From: Balanoglossus misakiensis
Lineage: Eukaryota > Animalia > Hemichordata
DNA: 64,000 nucleotides
Reading direction: 5' to 3'
NCBI GenBank assembly: GCA_040954595.2
Contig: CM082580.2
Span: 7,604,390 to 7,668,389, forward strand
Shown here: piece by piece, positions 49,536-64,000 of the stretch
Layout: each line of letters opens with the position of its first letter
Position numbering within the stretch: the stretch's first letter is position 1
Notes under the pieces: generated by a model
Told to the model about the DNA's origin: nothing
Seen by the model: only the letters and a program-made list of their open reading frames with translations
The model's database searches: none
Program-made: the position numbers and the translations under genes

Positions 49536-52500
49536 CTGTAAGAAACAGAGATGACATGGAGTAAGAACAAGGAAGAGCCATGCTGTAAATTGATGATTTC
49601 AGTTTTTAACGATTTACATGTAGATTTCCGTAATATCAATTATTAAATCATGGAGAAAGGAAACAGACCATCAATGTGCAAACAACTGATATATTCACAC
49701 TTGCTCATTTTATAGAGAGTCCATCATCTTAAAAGTTAAGACCGGTTGAGGTAGTAAATCAAATCTTTTTGACAGCAGGGATAGAAGACATTATTGTGTT
49801 ACTCATGCATACATGTATTCTACGTCAACTGCCTACAGAAATATTCAAATGACCAAAGCCGCTTGGCTTAGATAATGTACTTTACAGTACATGTTCATGT
49901 TACTTGTACCATGACCTAGGTGTCATCAAAATGCAATTTTGCCTGTAATATACATGCATATACATACACAAGCAGGTGAACACATACATTCTGGCTACAC
50001 ATAATACAAGGCCTATTTGTCATATTTAATTATTATTCAAAGCACCAGAGTTTTTATTTCCTTTGCTTCTTATATTATAATACACTGCAATCATTCATTT
50101 ATTGATGGCATTGTTTCTTCTAACTATTAATTCTCCTGCATTCCATTTCCAATTTCAGCTACACGCAACAAATCACAGACAAACACCAATACCAAGAGGC
50201 ATTCTCATCCTTTTGAAAAACTGCTTTAATTACAGGAAATTGAAAGTAACGGTATTTAAATGAGATTTAGTCTTTAATCAGGTTTTATCAGGAAGGTATT
50301 ACTTCATCAAAACCCCAGAGGCGACGAAGGAAAAACAGAGCATCTCCCAAGACAGTTTGATGCAGCAAAACTGCCAATCATGTCAGGTACGCCCATACGG
50401 ATCACAGTGATGTGTGTTGGGAGATGTGACAGACCGCTGACCAAGGTCTCCAAATGGAAGACTACATGGCAGAGGTGAGAATGATGATGTTGGATTGGAT
50501 GTGGCGTGTGCAATTGTATCAGAATGAAAAGAACGAGAATTCACTGACAAGACCTGCCACTTTCATGAAATTCCAGCATACATGTAACTCTTTATTTGGG
50601 ACAGCAGCTGTAACTTGTGGCTTTTTCAGATTATTACTTTTATTCTGTCTATAACTGCAGTTCCTTGTTCTACTACATGTAGAGCACAAAGAACTGCCCA
50701 GTTTTGTCGACACAGCATGTGCACATGTTATGTTATTGTTGATGAAATAATTCAAAAACAGACTAAAATCCTATCTTTGACCATAAGAATGCTGACACTA
50801 CATATATCGGCTGTGTATAATTCATAGCCTTATCACCAGGCATTTCATCATGTGTCAAAGAATTAAAAAACGCAGTTCATACACAGAAAAAAATACAGAA
50901 AAACAAATTAGGTAAAAGTGACAGAGCAGACATCACCAAAACTACACTTGCGAAAACCTACATATGTTTCTTTCATCATGCTGATTATCTTTGGTATCAC
51001 ACACATTGTTTGCAGGAATACCCCAATAGGGATGTACATTGTAGTACGGTGGCCCACAAGGGCCTCCCCGTACAACGATGGTCTTGTACATAAATTTGTG
51101 ACCAGCAAGGATATTCTAAACAGCTCTCAAACCGCCGGCCATATTGCCATAAAATCAAGACACACTTCATCAAAAGTCTGAGACATCGCGACAATTACAG
51201 AGCAATATATTTTAATATTCTGTGCAACTTCTGTAAAACACTGACATCCTGCATCTAGAGTTTAAGAAGTCACGGCAATTACATTGCTATCTCGCTGCAA
51301 CTATATTTTACTGATCGTTCATAAAGATGTTATAGCCGTTGTGAAGTTGCCACAAGAAACATTCATATTGTCCAATAAATCAAACAACCAGATCAAGAGT
51401 TATCTTACTTGTAAATGCCTGCATGGCACACGCCCCCATCTTTATTAACTCTATGACTGATGTCAAACGTAGTCTGAGGTTACCGTCTGGATAATTTACA
51501 ATCAGAATTTATTACAATTCACCCATTAGCAGAGACCTACATACATGAACATATCGGATTAATGTCAGGCTTTTGAAAAAAATTTGTGTCACATCATAAC
51601 TGATGGAAAAACAGTTTACAAATCCTTTGCAGGATACGCCTTAGTAGTGATATACATTTTATAAGTATTATAAATACATAATTTGAATCTGAAAATCTAA
51701 AAATATGGAAAAAGTCTTTGTACACTTGATTTCAAGAAATATAGTGAATGTTTGAAAATAGCTTGAAGAAATATTACAACGACTAGCCATTTGCATTAAA
51801 TGCACTTAGAAGTACGAGCATAGGCACCGTGATTCAGTAACTAAAACTGCAACCCCATATCGCGGTCTCGTTTGTTTTGCAACTGGTGGGGAAAATGAAT
51901 GGGCATGTACTGATGTGGATGAAACAGAAATTTGAGCGGTTCACGATCCATCAAGACTGATTGTCCCCATCATTAAAATACTTCATACTTCAGCTTTATT
52001 TATGCATGAAGTTTGCAGATTAATATCTGGAACATTTATCGGGTTGCAACGAGGGCAGATCACTCTTCGATGATGAATTACACTGTAGTGTCAGTGGCAA
52101 TTCAATACCTACACTAGTGTATGGCATGTATTTTTTGTGTGTGGAACTTGAACTAAAATCCAATTTCTATGCTGTCATCTGTAATACTTGCACATATCTG
52201 TAAATCTGGATAGTGTCTCATATTTTTAGGGAGAATCATGACCAGTACAAGAGGATTACATTCCACTCGTTTCATTTAATAGTTAAACACCTGACTTCTA
52301 ATAACCTTACACAAATCTGCATCTTCTAAATCTTTTCAGAGTTACATTCCCTTGAGACACAAGTCGAGATATAAGTTGTCAAACATCCTATCAATCAGTA
52401 TACACAGTTTAAGCCTATGAAAAAGGGCTTATGTCGAAAATGCATCGTCCCATCCATGTCCCTGTGTGTCATTCTATCAACACTTGATACATTCGTGAAG

Positions 52501-54931
52501 ATTGAGAATACACACAAGATTGGTTAAACTAGATCACACATCCATCTTTCACATCATTTAATCACACACATCCATCTTGCATATCATACATGTCTATGTA
52601 GTTATCATTTAATCACAAAAAGGCGACAATGGATATTTGTGACAGCACAACAGATGGAAACTGCATGTATGAATAAACTCTCGCTGTATATTAGGAAAGT
52701 TAATTCTTTGGGTACCCTATCGTGATGACACAGTAATTGCCATTAATTATACATGTATATGAAAATAAATGATTTATACTATATACCACTTCTCTTTTCT
52801 AAACCAAATGCACTTGTGGTTCTTTAATTCACTGACAAGATATAAAATGGATCTGGTGCAAGTAGGTTTGTATGGACGGGTATTTTTTCATATGTAATTT
52901 ACAACTAATCTCTTGCTTGTGGGCATTAGATACGTATTCCTCTGATGCCTAGTGAGTACAGCGACACATCACCATGTACAGAGAGCATTATTAGCAGCTG
53001 CTGTGAAAGTCTTAAAGTACTTTCGACTTTATATGGGCAATGCTAACCAGATGACAGATTGCAGGAGGTCATCTAAGGTCACCCGAGGCAGGGCTGGTCA
53101 GCGCAGAGGTCAACAAGTTCATCAGACAACTGTATACATAAATGGCTGCAGTATAAATAGATGAACTGTAATGACAGCACACTTTGGGAGAAGACTGGAG
53201 AATTTTCTATTCCTGTCGCTTTCAAAAGGCCAGTAAACTTTATAAGTCCCTTCTACAAGGAGCCAACAGTATCAATCTTCAAACTAGGGTTTCCATAGAG
53301 AATTCTCTGAATGTTGTGGTGTTTTGATATACTTTACTCTTCCACAGTTTCAGGACTGTTTATCCAACTTCACGCCATAAATCACAGTGTGTGCACCATA
53401 AGTGCAATTGAAGAAGCTCCCATGGGGGTCGTCACTGAGGGCGCTGTTTTTTAATAGTTTAAACTTTGTCTCTTTAATCGTGATGTGTATAATAAGATGA
53501 AAAGTTTGTTTAGTTGTTTATAGACCAAGTTCATCTGGAATTGATATCAATGTTATTAATGCATCTCGTTTAATCTTTTTGCCCCATTCCCAAAACATTT
53601 CTGGGGAGGGGATGGGGCCGAGTTTTAGATGGTGATGCCACTGTGTGGGTCAACTCTTGCCTTGGGCCAGCCTGTGAGATGCATAACAGAACTCAGCAGA
53701 ATTTAATTTTGTGGTCAAAACCAAACACAAAGAAATCTATTTGCCATTCCAATTTCGACATGAACTGTGCACATGTAACATTAGGCATGTACAAACCAAA
53801 GTTTCCAAAGGCATGTTTTAATTAAGAATTCAAAGCAAGCCATTCATTTGCGTGTTTCAGACAGGTTACGAAAAATACATATCATGGCTTTTGCCGATGT
53901 GGATCCAAAGCTCTCAGATTTATTCAGCTTTGTTTGCTTTGAAGATGCCGCAAGAACAAATAGCAGGTGAGCTGAATCATCTGACGGCCGGCAGACAGAC
54001 AGACAGGAAACATGCTCTGCATACGAAAAGTGGAACTCATTTCCTGGCCGGCCGGTCGTACATACGAGAGCCACTGCAGCATGAATGAGAAGGAACAGTT
54101 GCACCCCGACGCTCTCCGCATGACATCTGTGAATCACACAGCGCCCATGGTACATCGCCGCCATTCCTTTCTCCCTAGTAACTCTTTTCGCATGCACACT
54201 TGTTTCTATGATTGATGCGGCTGTCATGCAGGCTTCTGAGGAGACTGTTGCCTGTCACTCATACTCAACAGATATTAAAGATAAACAAAGCCCAACTGAT
54301 CAGAGAGAGTTGAAGCTTTGTTATAATGAGAAGAAAAATGCAACACCCAAAGATGAGAAGCTGATATTTCAATGTCTGAATTGAATTTTTTATTCTTTAA
54401 ACTTTCATGAATATCTTGTATGCAAAAACATTTGTATGTGATTTTGTTTTTTCATTGGCATCAATACACTAGGTATCAAGGTATGTGTATAATGTGTACA
54501 CAGACTGTGGCAGTACATTTATTTGCAAGGAATTCCAAGCTCACAGTCTGATGTTTTTCATTCTCTACCACAAGGTTTGCATTTGATAGCATTTATTCAT
54601 ACGAGTCTCCAGTGTCACACTGATTAGCAGGTTACAGTGTCACGTTGATAAGCGCTGAAGCTCAATTATTACCAAACTGCAAACACATGGCACGTTTAAT
54701 TCGCTGACCTAACCTCAGGCTTGAAGACAGGGGGTAAACTAATGGTGTCTACAGCAGGTGGAACTGATCAGCTGGGTACAAAAACCATGATAATGAGTGT
54801 TGTCCACATGTATGATGTGCTATCCATTTTACGGGCTGGAAGAAAAAATCTTCAGGATCATGTGCTGAATAGAGAACAAACTTCTAAAAAAAGACACACA
54901 CATGCAGCTACATGTACACTGGACTGTCCCT

Positions 54932-55034
54932 TTAACCCTTTCACACCCCCCCCCCCCCTCGTCCCTCATTTGAAGTCCAACTTCACCATAGGAAACAATG
55001 GATTTGGAATAAACCATGGTGATGAAAGGGTTAA
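54932..55034. mobile_element. Same MITE family, full copy with TTAA at both ends
   Basis: TTAA-CCCTTTCAC...aaacaatggatttgg...accatggtgatgaaaggg-TTAA. Confidence 0.75.
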
Positions 55035-56208
55035 ACCAATACTCCAGCTGCTAGTCATGCACCGGAAACTCATCTTCGTTGCCAGTTGATGGGTCTCAGC
55101 GGTGCATCATGTATCTGGGTAACCTGACACCTTGCGCTGTTTTCTTTTTTCCAGATGCCAAGGCAACATGGCTGCGGACATTTTGGGATTTGCGGTTTCT
55201 TTCCCCTAATAAGGTCACCTACACTTTGTCCAAACATGGCCATGACCTGAACGGTAAATACATACATACATGTACCCTCATTATCCAGTGGGGACAAGCA
55301 CTAGACATTGTTACACCCTCGTGATGGATGACAGGCTATTCTAAATACAGGGGACTGGGGTAGGTAACTGCAGTCCCGGGTCACGACATCTGTGCTTACT
55401 AAAGAAATCATCCAATGTACATCAAATACTGCTAGATATATAACACATACTTCAAAATAAGTGAGAAAACAGTTGACGCAGGCCTTCACGATCTTCTACA
55501 AAAACACACCTACAAACTTATCCACAAGCACAGCAATGACCTGGCACAAGCAAATACTTGAAAAACCCACAGATCAAAGACTGAATAGCTCGAGAGTACC
55601 AGCTGAACTGACCTGTCTACCCTCTCAGATGCGTACACTGAATACCAAAGCGTATACACGCCGCTATTTTTTTCTGAATGGCAGTTAGTAAATCGAGGTG
55701 AACTCAAGAGGCTGATAACACACCGTAAATACATCAATACATCAGCGCACCTGTTGCAAAGGCTACCCACAAACAGTAAAATATTTCCATGATTAAGTAC
55801 TTGAACCGTCCGAGCCAAAGTTTTTGTCTGGGGCAAAAGAGATAGAATGAGGCCAGAAGATGCAATAAGTATATAGGGCTGTCTGCAACACAAACATGCA
55901 GGGTGACCCTTTTTACATTTAAACTTAAGAGGGGCATAATTCATCCCTTTTCATCATGTTCTTCGCTCTTCTAACCATACTCTGAGGTACAAAAGAGAAA
56001 TGGGTCACAGTTTCCTTCAGGAAAGTAAAACTTGCATTTGGCAAGAGTAGCATTGCTGGCCAGGCGTGTGACTTGATGAATGCCCATGCTGTATCATTTA
56101 CAAACAATGGTATAAGACGCTTCAGTGGGTTGATGTCTTCATCACTATTGTACAACTGCTATGGATACTAAACTTCATTTGGGGGCGGCATTCGTGCTAA
56201 GTAAAAGG

Positions 56209-56303
56209 TTAACCCTTTCACCCTAGTTTCCCTCTGGAGAGGTTCTAACTTCACCACAGAAATGGCAGATTTGGGTCAAAACCATGGTGGACCAGTGAAA
56301 GGG
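56209..56303. mobile_element. Same MITE family copy
   Basis: TTAA-ccctttcaccctagtttccctc...accatggtgg...gtgaaaggg. Confidence 0.7.
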
Positions 56304-56508
56304 AGTGGTCTTCTTTGGAAACCTCCAGACTGAGGAAAACTGTGTGTGTGTCCGTCCATGTTGATTTCACCATGTCACATTTCAAGAGTTTGTCCAAGCT
56401 GCTGCTAAGTGCAAATGGGGTCTACATTGTACATGTGGATGTGTTTATTTCTTGGGTGTTTCACTCTGTAATATAAATACAGGGACAAACATATACAACA
56501 GTGATAAA

Positions 56509-56555
56509 TTAACCCTTTCACCCCATTTCCCTCAGTCTGTAGAGGGCAAACTTCG
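56509..56555. mobile_element. Same MITE family, truncated copy
   Basis: TTAA-ccctttcaccccatttccctc. Confidence 0.5.
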
Positions 56556-59500
56556 CAAGCATTAATGAGTACTTGCTAGCTCTGTTTTCTTTCTCTCTAA
56601 TATTAATAAGCATTTAAGTGCCAGGTTTATACACAATGAAGCCAATTATAGATTCATGAATATTTATACATAATTACAGGACAAACATCAACATTTGACA
56701 ATTAACATGCTGTTTATAACATTTTGTCCTATCAACAGCAAAATTAGGTCACTCATCCAGTAAATGCAATAATTGCCTACTAAATTATTTCCTCTTGTTC
56801 ATTATATACGTACAACTGAAGCATAAAAATAAGCTATTAAAATCACTTAGTGAAATATACATCATCTGCGGTAGACTTCAATATTAGCAGAAAGCACCGA
56901 TTTGAATATCACCATTATTTATATAAAAATTCCAAGAATATTCCTAGGTTCATAGAGGTGAATACTTATTTTAATTGGACAATCAATTACACTGATTACA
57001 AGAAGGCTCTCCAACATTCACTCTATTACTGCCAGACCCCTTTTGCTGCCCTGGAATTGACTGATATTGGATGTCGTTATTTTGTGAAAGCAAACCAGCT
57101 AGGCCCTCAGGGGTCACCAGTATTGGCCTGATTTCGTACCAAGTCATTTCTCTCTCACTACAAAGTGAACACTGTGAGACTCTGGCTCTAGTATAGGAAG
57201 CCATTGTTTAATAAGTACAATGTAGGAAAGCAATGCTGAACAAGTCATATCCTGTACGCCGTCCGTATACATGTACTATTTGAGTGGTAGTTTTCAGTTT
57301 TCTCGTGTGAAAAGTTTGTAGAGCAGACAGTGAATGCAAAGAGTGTTCTGCTTTCAGTAATTTGAGGCACTGGCCATCTGTGAAAATTCCTAATCCAAGT
57401 GTGTTCGGTTTCCCATAATTCATGTCACTGGATGGCACAAGTATATCAAAATTCAAACCCTTATCACTTCTCGTATTTCCAATATAAATCCACCATACAG
57501 GAAAAACATGTACAAAGCACAGTATTGTGAGATACTTTCAGGAGAAGGGGTTACCTCGTTCTCAAATCTTCATATGTTGTACTTTTGTAACCTTGGTTGA
57601 CAGGATATCACTGTTATCAACATATTTTGTCTTCACCACATGTTATTAAAGTTATAATTCAAAATGATTCGCTGCCATGTTTCTTGGTTATTTTTTATTT
57701 TTTGACGTTGTATATGTACATTTAACTGATGTTTTTGTTTGTTTGCATTAAAGCAGATTGACTTTGACGTTACCTTGAAGGCACCTGAATTTGCTTACTG
57801 ATACACAACAATGCTGAAAAGTTGGCAGCCATGCCCCACAACCCTATATATTTCAATGTTATTTCAGAAATGGAATTTTAGGAAGGGAGCATTGCCATAC
57901 AGTTAGCCAAGTCAGTCAGTCTGACATCCTGCTTTCACAAATGAATATCCTGGGTATTTCAATGGACAATGTAAATGAAAAGGGATAACAAGAGCAAAGA
58001 AACAGGTGAACTCTTTCACTGGGCAGGTCAAACAACCATGAATGTGTCATTGACAATACTTGGCGACTGACTGTTAACTTAGACCCCTCAAGGCTAATTT
58101 CAGATTACCAAACCACAGGCTTTGACGGGTTGCACCTGCAGGCTAACACTGTCTGGATTACGGATCAGGTACATAAGAATACCAAGAATTTGTTCTGACT
58201 GAAGATTGGCATTTCTTGTATGTTCATTCATTCATTCCTCCATCCATCTGTTCATCCATCCATTCATACATAATACACTTATTATTAAAAGCTCTCACAA
58301 CAGTAAAAGGTCATGCTGACATTTTCCAGCCAATTCACCTTGTATCTTTTACAGAAAAATCTGACACAGCCAGGGGTCACACCCTGCTGCACAGCTGTGT
58401 TTGTTTCATTAGCTCTTCCGTACATTCTGCCAGTGTCCTGCGTGCATTGCAATGATCCCATTTTACGTACCACAGGTCACTGCAAATCAACCATTCAAAT
58501 TAGCCATCTGACTCCAAATCAAACATAATTTTCTACTTTCACTTGATTCTAAGTCTAGAATGTAGTCATGCAGGCATTCAGGTGAAACTTTTCCACCATC
58601 TACCAGCATGTTGGATTTCCAAGCTACCGGTACTGTATATACATGTAACACCCCAAAGTGAAATATGACCTAGTGGTGTATCTCCCCTTGAAGTCAGTCA
58701 AAGGCAGATATCTTGAAATGACTAGGGTAAGGTTATAGTCAAGGCAGGATGGTAGCCCTGTCAGGACATTAAAGTTACATCTGATGATTTGGAGAGGATT
58801 GTCCACGGTCGTCTTCAAGTTCAAGGGGATGCCATCAGGTCACACTCCTCAAGAGGGTGTGTTTACATTCTACATTATAGTTTGAAAATCCAGCACACAC
58901 TACTAGATGGTAGACATACACAATGTAATGTTTTGCCTGAACATCCAGCAATACCTGTTTCTGACTCTCCAAACTTTTCCTTTCTCCTCTGATAATTTTC
59001 ATACACATCCTTACACACACACTGGCACTAATGCAGGATCGAAGTCTCAATGGACAATCCGGTATTCTATCCCCACAGGGGTTTCCCAGAAAAATTATTT
59101 ACATTCCAGACATGATGATTCGTTCAAATAATGTGGGAACAGATGATCAAAATCTTGCAAAAATACTTTCCTTGGTGCTAACACACACTCTAAGAGAGTT
59201 CATATATGTACTCAGAGCACAATCGAGCATACTTTTGTGTCAGCCTACTGCATTCTTGTACTGAATAATCACCGCTTGCACGGAAATATTCCAGCTGTTT
59301 TCCCCCCTTCTGCTGGAATGTTGTCTCTGGATAATTGGACTGTGTGACACACTATTAAAACTAACCGGTCCTTCTCTTCAAAGGAGTGTTTAAAATGTAA
59401 TGAGTCACTAACAATACCCGGGGTCACTGTAATCAGCGTTTGCCGAATGTGTTTCATGGAGCGGTTCTCTTGTTTGACGGCTCCGATGAGGAAGTGTGAA

Positions 59501-62500
59501 AGCTAATGCGGTGGAACTGTGCGGACAAGGAAGCAATTTGGAAGCAAGGTCAAAAATTGAAAATGCTCGGTCCGTAATTAGACTCGACAATCGACAGTAA
59601 ACTAACTGGTTAAAGCTGTTTTGATTGGTTTCTGACAATCAGATACATCCATTCAATGAGTTAATAGTCTTGGGACAGCTGAAGACAGGCACTGGGACGA
59701 TAGCCTGACAGTCACTTTTGGCTGAACTTTTATTTCATGCTCCCTGCAGGCTTCAAGTTTTTGTGAAAACATTTCTAAACTCGTGTTTAAGTTTTGAATA
59801 GCTAATCAACTGCAGCTATAGAAAAACACACAAATCAAATTGCGACCTTCGTTTGGTTCTGCTTGTGTCAGAAGTGAAATTACCGAAAGATGGCACACAC
59901 TGTTTTACCCATTGAAAGAAAGAGTGAAGTCTAACTATACTAACACACATGCCCCATTTTTTCCAAATATTGTTGCCGTCCACAACATTCCTTGGCCTCA
60001 TAATTTTCACTGTCACCTTGGCCTTTCTCGGTTTGGACATGTGATACGACTAAACGCGGCCAACACTGACATTCAAGTAGGACTCAATCATGCACAGGGT
60101 AAAGCAACATCATCGGCCAGGGAGAATTAAAATTACTTAGAGATCCATGAACATGCGGGGGTAAACAGGCCAAGGCTGGGCACTGGCATTGGTTTGTTGA
60201 TTATCTGGAGTCAGCTGTAAAATATGCAGATATACCATAAAGATATTCGTCAATCAACAAGACTGACCTTCACATTCGATTTCCCCCTTTGGGAGAGACT
60301 AGCTATTTTCTGCTGTACGCTCGTCATTCTAGACATATTTCAGTACTGGTGCATTTGGGTGCACATCACATAAAACTATACAGTCATTTCCTCCCCACAC
60401 CTAGCCCCCATACAAAGAGAACAGTGCCCATAAAATAGCTACTACTCAGATTTTTTTTACAAGAGTTTAACAGTTGCCGATATTGTCTGCCTCCATTAGT
60501 ACACATAATGAACCGTTAAATCGGCGCAAGGGTCACACCTAATCAGTTACAACAAGGGGGCTGTCTGATCGGCCCGAGAACTTAAAACTTACCCTCACGT
60601 TACTGATTGTCTGGGGGTACCGGTACTCTGACTTTATAAACTGCTGATGAATACAATTTTCATGTCTGATCAATGGGTATAGGCATTCTCTGTGTCAGCT
60701 CATTCATTCACTCTCCGGATAATGGCTCCCACGAGGCGGACACCGCTGCATTCCTCTACATGCATATATGCACAGAGTACGAGGTGACAATAAAACTTGT
60801 GCAATCTCTAACTCAGCTTCCTGAAATTATGTTCAATTTATTTCCATATATTGCTGCTTCTTCTACTTACGTGCATGGAATTTCACACTTCTTGATCTTG
60901 CAGGACACAATTTGCAGTATTGTTGCGTTTTTTAAAATTCCTCCAAAAAACGATTATGCAAATTCCACGAATAAAACCAGGGCAAAACCCAAGAAACAAT
61001 TGATGCTATGAAAATTATCAGCAGTATGAATTTGATAATACATCCAAGTTCATAGTTCAATATGAGAAAGACATAACCTCCAATTTAAAACTAGAAACAG
61101 TACGAACAGCCTGAAATTTCTTTTGAGAACAATGTGCAGAAGAACATTGCCTTTGCTTGTTTGCATACCACATTTTTCAAACCCCAAATGTCACGACGTA
61201 AAGCCAGTTAGCTGGCTTGATCTGTATTCAAAGCGGAAGCCGACAGAATAAATACCGGGCTTCAAGAAACGGCAATATCATGTAACTGCATAATGCCGGC
61301 GTATGAGTCACCTGAACACACACTGGAGACGTTCATTCATTCATTGCTAGTCGACTCAGACATCGGGGGAAAGTGTTGTCACCTTCAGTGCTGCACACCA
61401 CTGATTGAAATCTGCACACACTTGACACTTCCTACGCGCGAAAGCCGAGACGCGGGCGCGTGTTTTCTCAAGTAGAAACACTGTCGAGTTCTCTGCCGAA
61501 AAAGGCCCATTGAAATCAGCACTGATGAGAATGCAAATATCACACATCTTGACGATAACATCATTTCAATGAAATCTTACCTCGTAGCCTACGGCAACAA
61601 GCCCTCTGAAATATCACACGTTTTTTTTTCCTCTCTCTCTCTCGACACAAAGCGTCTATCTTCTCGCAGAGCTTAATTATAGGTCAACGGATTCAAACAC
61701 CGACTGCTAAGATATCGGTTTGGTTAGTCTACAGGGGATGTCAAGTGTAAAACACTTGCACAAATATTGTGTCTCATTCCATCAGACAACACGTGAAAGG
61801 CGGAACGAAATTCTCTGAATTAGTAAGAAACGATAATCGACTAATGTTGTATATATAGTCTGAGTAATTTCGCCGAAACGGTGTCAGAGGCATGCACTTG
61901 GCATTCTCTTGATTGAGAGCAATGTGCATAACTTTCAGCTTTGTTGTCTTCACGATAAAAAGAGTCTGACTGCTGCCGGGGAAAACCTTCAATTCATCTT
62001 CTTGATTGCCTTGTCACTTTTTTACGATAGGCAACATTTTAAGAGTGCCCTGTAAAATCCCCAGTCAGATCCACAGTATGCTATCATCACTTTAACGGTG
62101 ACTTGACCACCAGACATCCACTTCCACGCCCCATCGACTAGAGGTATTTAAATTGTCAACACTGTTGAAAGTATTTATTTTAGGTGGAATTAAGATTCTT
62201 AGGATACTCATCTGCAAATTTCATATTTTAATAGAGTTAAATTAGTGGAGTGTTGACAAAGCAAATATTTGAGCTTGATTAAATGACCCCTGAGAGATTT
62301 ATATACTGCACTTGTCCATAGTGTTGTATTTAGTCATTTCAGATGACACATCAACTAAACACCAATGAGGCATTCTGCTGGAATTGTAAAAAGCCATTAT
62401 CTTTATCACAACACGACTGCATAATAGAACCCAGAAGATAAATGTTGTCAAGATCTTCTGAGAGTCTATTAAAAGCATATGTCCATATGGTTGTGAGTTA

Positions 62501-63466
62501 CGTATGTTTTTTAATGAAGGCTATTCATTCATTTATGCTGACATAAAACAATACCTCTAATGAGTCCAACATCATGCTGAAATTAAGACATGGCGATCCA
62601 ATAACTTGTCTGCGAATGGTAGAGATTGACCCCCACACGTGAAGTATGTGCCCTCCAACTCTCCATATTTATAACTGGGTTGTCCACTGAAGACTCCAGG
62701 CCAGTTGGCAAAAACAGTGATCATTTTGCGAAATGGAATTTTTCTGGTGTTTTTTATGGATTAGTATTAATGAGTTTTAAAACAAGAAATGCTTTTACGA
62801 CATTTCAATATAAATTGCATATATGTATTAATATTTACCATAATTCAAAACAGAATTTAAGAAATGTAATGAACATAATTATAAGCATTATCCATGCAAG
62901 TCACATCTGAGGTTAATGGCATGGGAAAACTGAAAACATCTTGCTATTTATTGTAATTAAAATACTAATTTGAAAATGTGACGAGCATGACATGCCGATT
63001 AAGATGCAAATTCACCACCGACACCGGTACACTTTTATTTTTTGTTTGACACAAGCCTTCTGTTCATGGCTTCAGAAAACTGCACAAATTTTACACCAGA
63101 CTGTCTGGGTCACACTAATACTGTTAAACAGTAAAAAATAAATTGCCTGTCATATGAAAAAAAGTAAAAGGCAGATTGAAACCTGAAATGAGATTATTTC
63201 AATCACTAAAGCGTTGGTAATTCAAGAAGCACACTCCACCAAACATTAGCAATATTTTGAAATTGACCACATTAAATGTCATCATGTGTACTATTTATTA
63301 AGGCATTTAGCATTATTGCTTAGTGGATCAGAAAATTGAAATCCTGTTAACTACGTTATTTCTCCAAATTATCAATTGAACGCTCAACAAAGTGAAAATA
63401 GAATCATATTTTACCTCCACTCCACTCCTCTACTCGCCCATCCTCTCCACCCCTCCCCCAATCACT

Positions 63467-63543
63467 TATACCCTTCACCCCCAGTTCCCTCTTGAGAGGT
63501 CCAACCAAGCCATTCATGATGTAGAAAACAATGGGTTAGGACT
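63467..63543. mobile_element. Same MITE family, partial copy
   Basis: cccttcacccccagttccctcttgagaggtccaacc...agaaaacaatgggttaggact. Confidence 0.6.
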
Positions 63544-64000
63544 ACACGTATGCAAAGATTCTCGATTACTACATGTAACCAGTGGAAGGATGGACAGGCT
63601 CAGAACGCCACTGACTACCAGCTGATTGGTGCAGAGCAGAAGCAGCTATTAATACATATTAAGTAAACAAGGCTCTCTGTGGCTAATTTGTCAGCCAGTA
63701 TGCGTAACTTATTGTCTACAACCAGTGAAGCCACAAAAAAGGCAATCTTTTTTCTGTTTCTGAATGGGAACGTCTATGCAAAGAACACCAGTGTGAAAGG
63801 GCTGCTCCCTTACGATAACAACACAATAACAAACACTGCATATAACAGCGTTCAGTAAACGAAAACAAGAGTCACCAAATCCCTCTCGTGTGGGGTTTGA
63901 CTGCTCAGACTGATACAACCCATGCATGTACCTGTCAAACGGTAACGGTCCACTTGCGACACAAGATAAAGTTGCAGTGGCACCTGGTGCTTGCGTACCA

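Noticed and set aside
52533-52620. Short tandem duplication (cacacatccatct...atcatttaatcaca)
   Set aside because: An ordinary local slippage duplication with no further structure.
50300-63927. Many 60-140-aa ORFs in the right-hand region
   Set aside because: AT-rich, no recognisable motifs and no consistent splice chain. They are consistent with random intronic ORFs.

Overview
This is eukaryotic genomic DNA with GT-AG introns. The style (TACATGTA-rich introns, expanded GAL3ST genes) suggests an invertebrate deuterostome such as a hemichordate or amphioxus, which is an inference only. From left to right the window holds: (1) a DTHD1-like gene on the minus strand, cut off at the left edge; (2) two tandem two-exon galactose-3-O-sulfotransferase genes (+); (3) a second DTHD1-like gene (-, 9 coding exons, about 1691 aa) with a 2.9-kb compound pentanucleotide satellite in one intron; (4) a third DTHD1-like gene (+, 9 coding exons, about 1334 aa), head-to-head with the second; (5) a laminin-binding-type integrin alpha (ITGA3/6/7-like, -) with two alternative cytoplasmic-tail exons, whose first exon was not found in the window. 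The most notable system is the three-paralogue family. Each has an unrecognised Cys-containing N-terminal domain and a single-exon helical rod of variable length (about 630, 800 and 970 aa), followed by a PIDD/ankyrin/UNC5-type ZU5-ZU5-UPA-death-domain module (UPA and death domain of paralogue 1 fall outside the window). RFX X-box-like motifs near their 5' ends hint at ciliary regulation. A TTAA-flanked ~90-bp MITE family and several hairpins are also present. All exon boundaries were read by hand.
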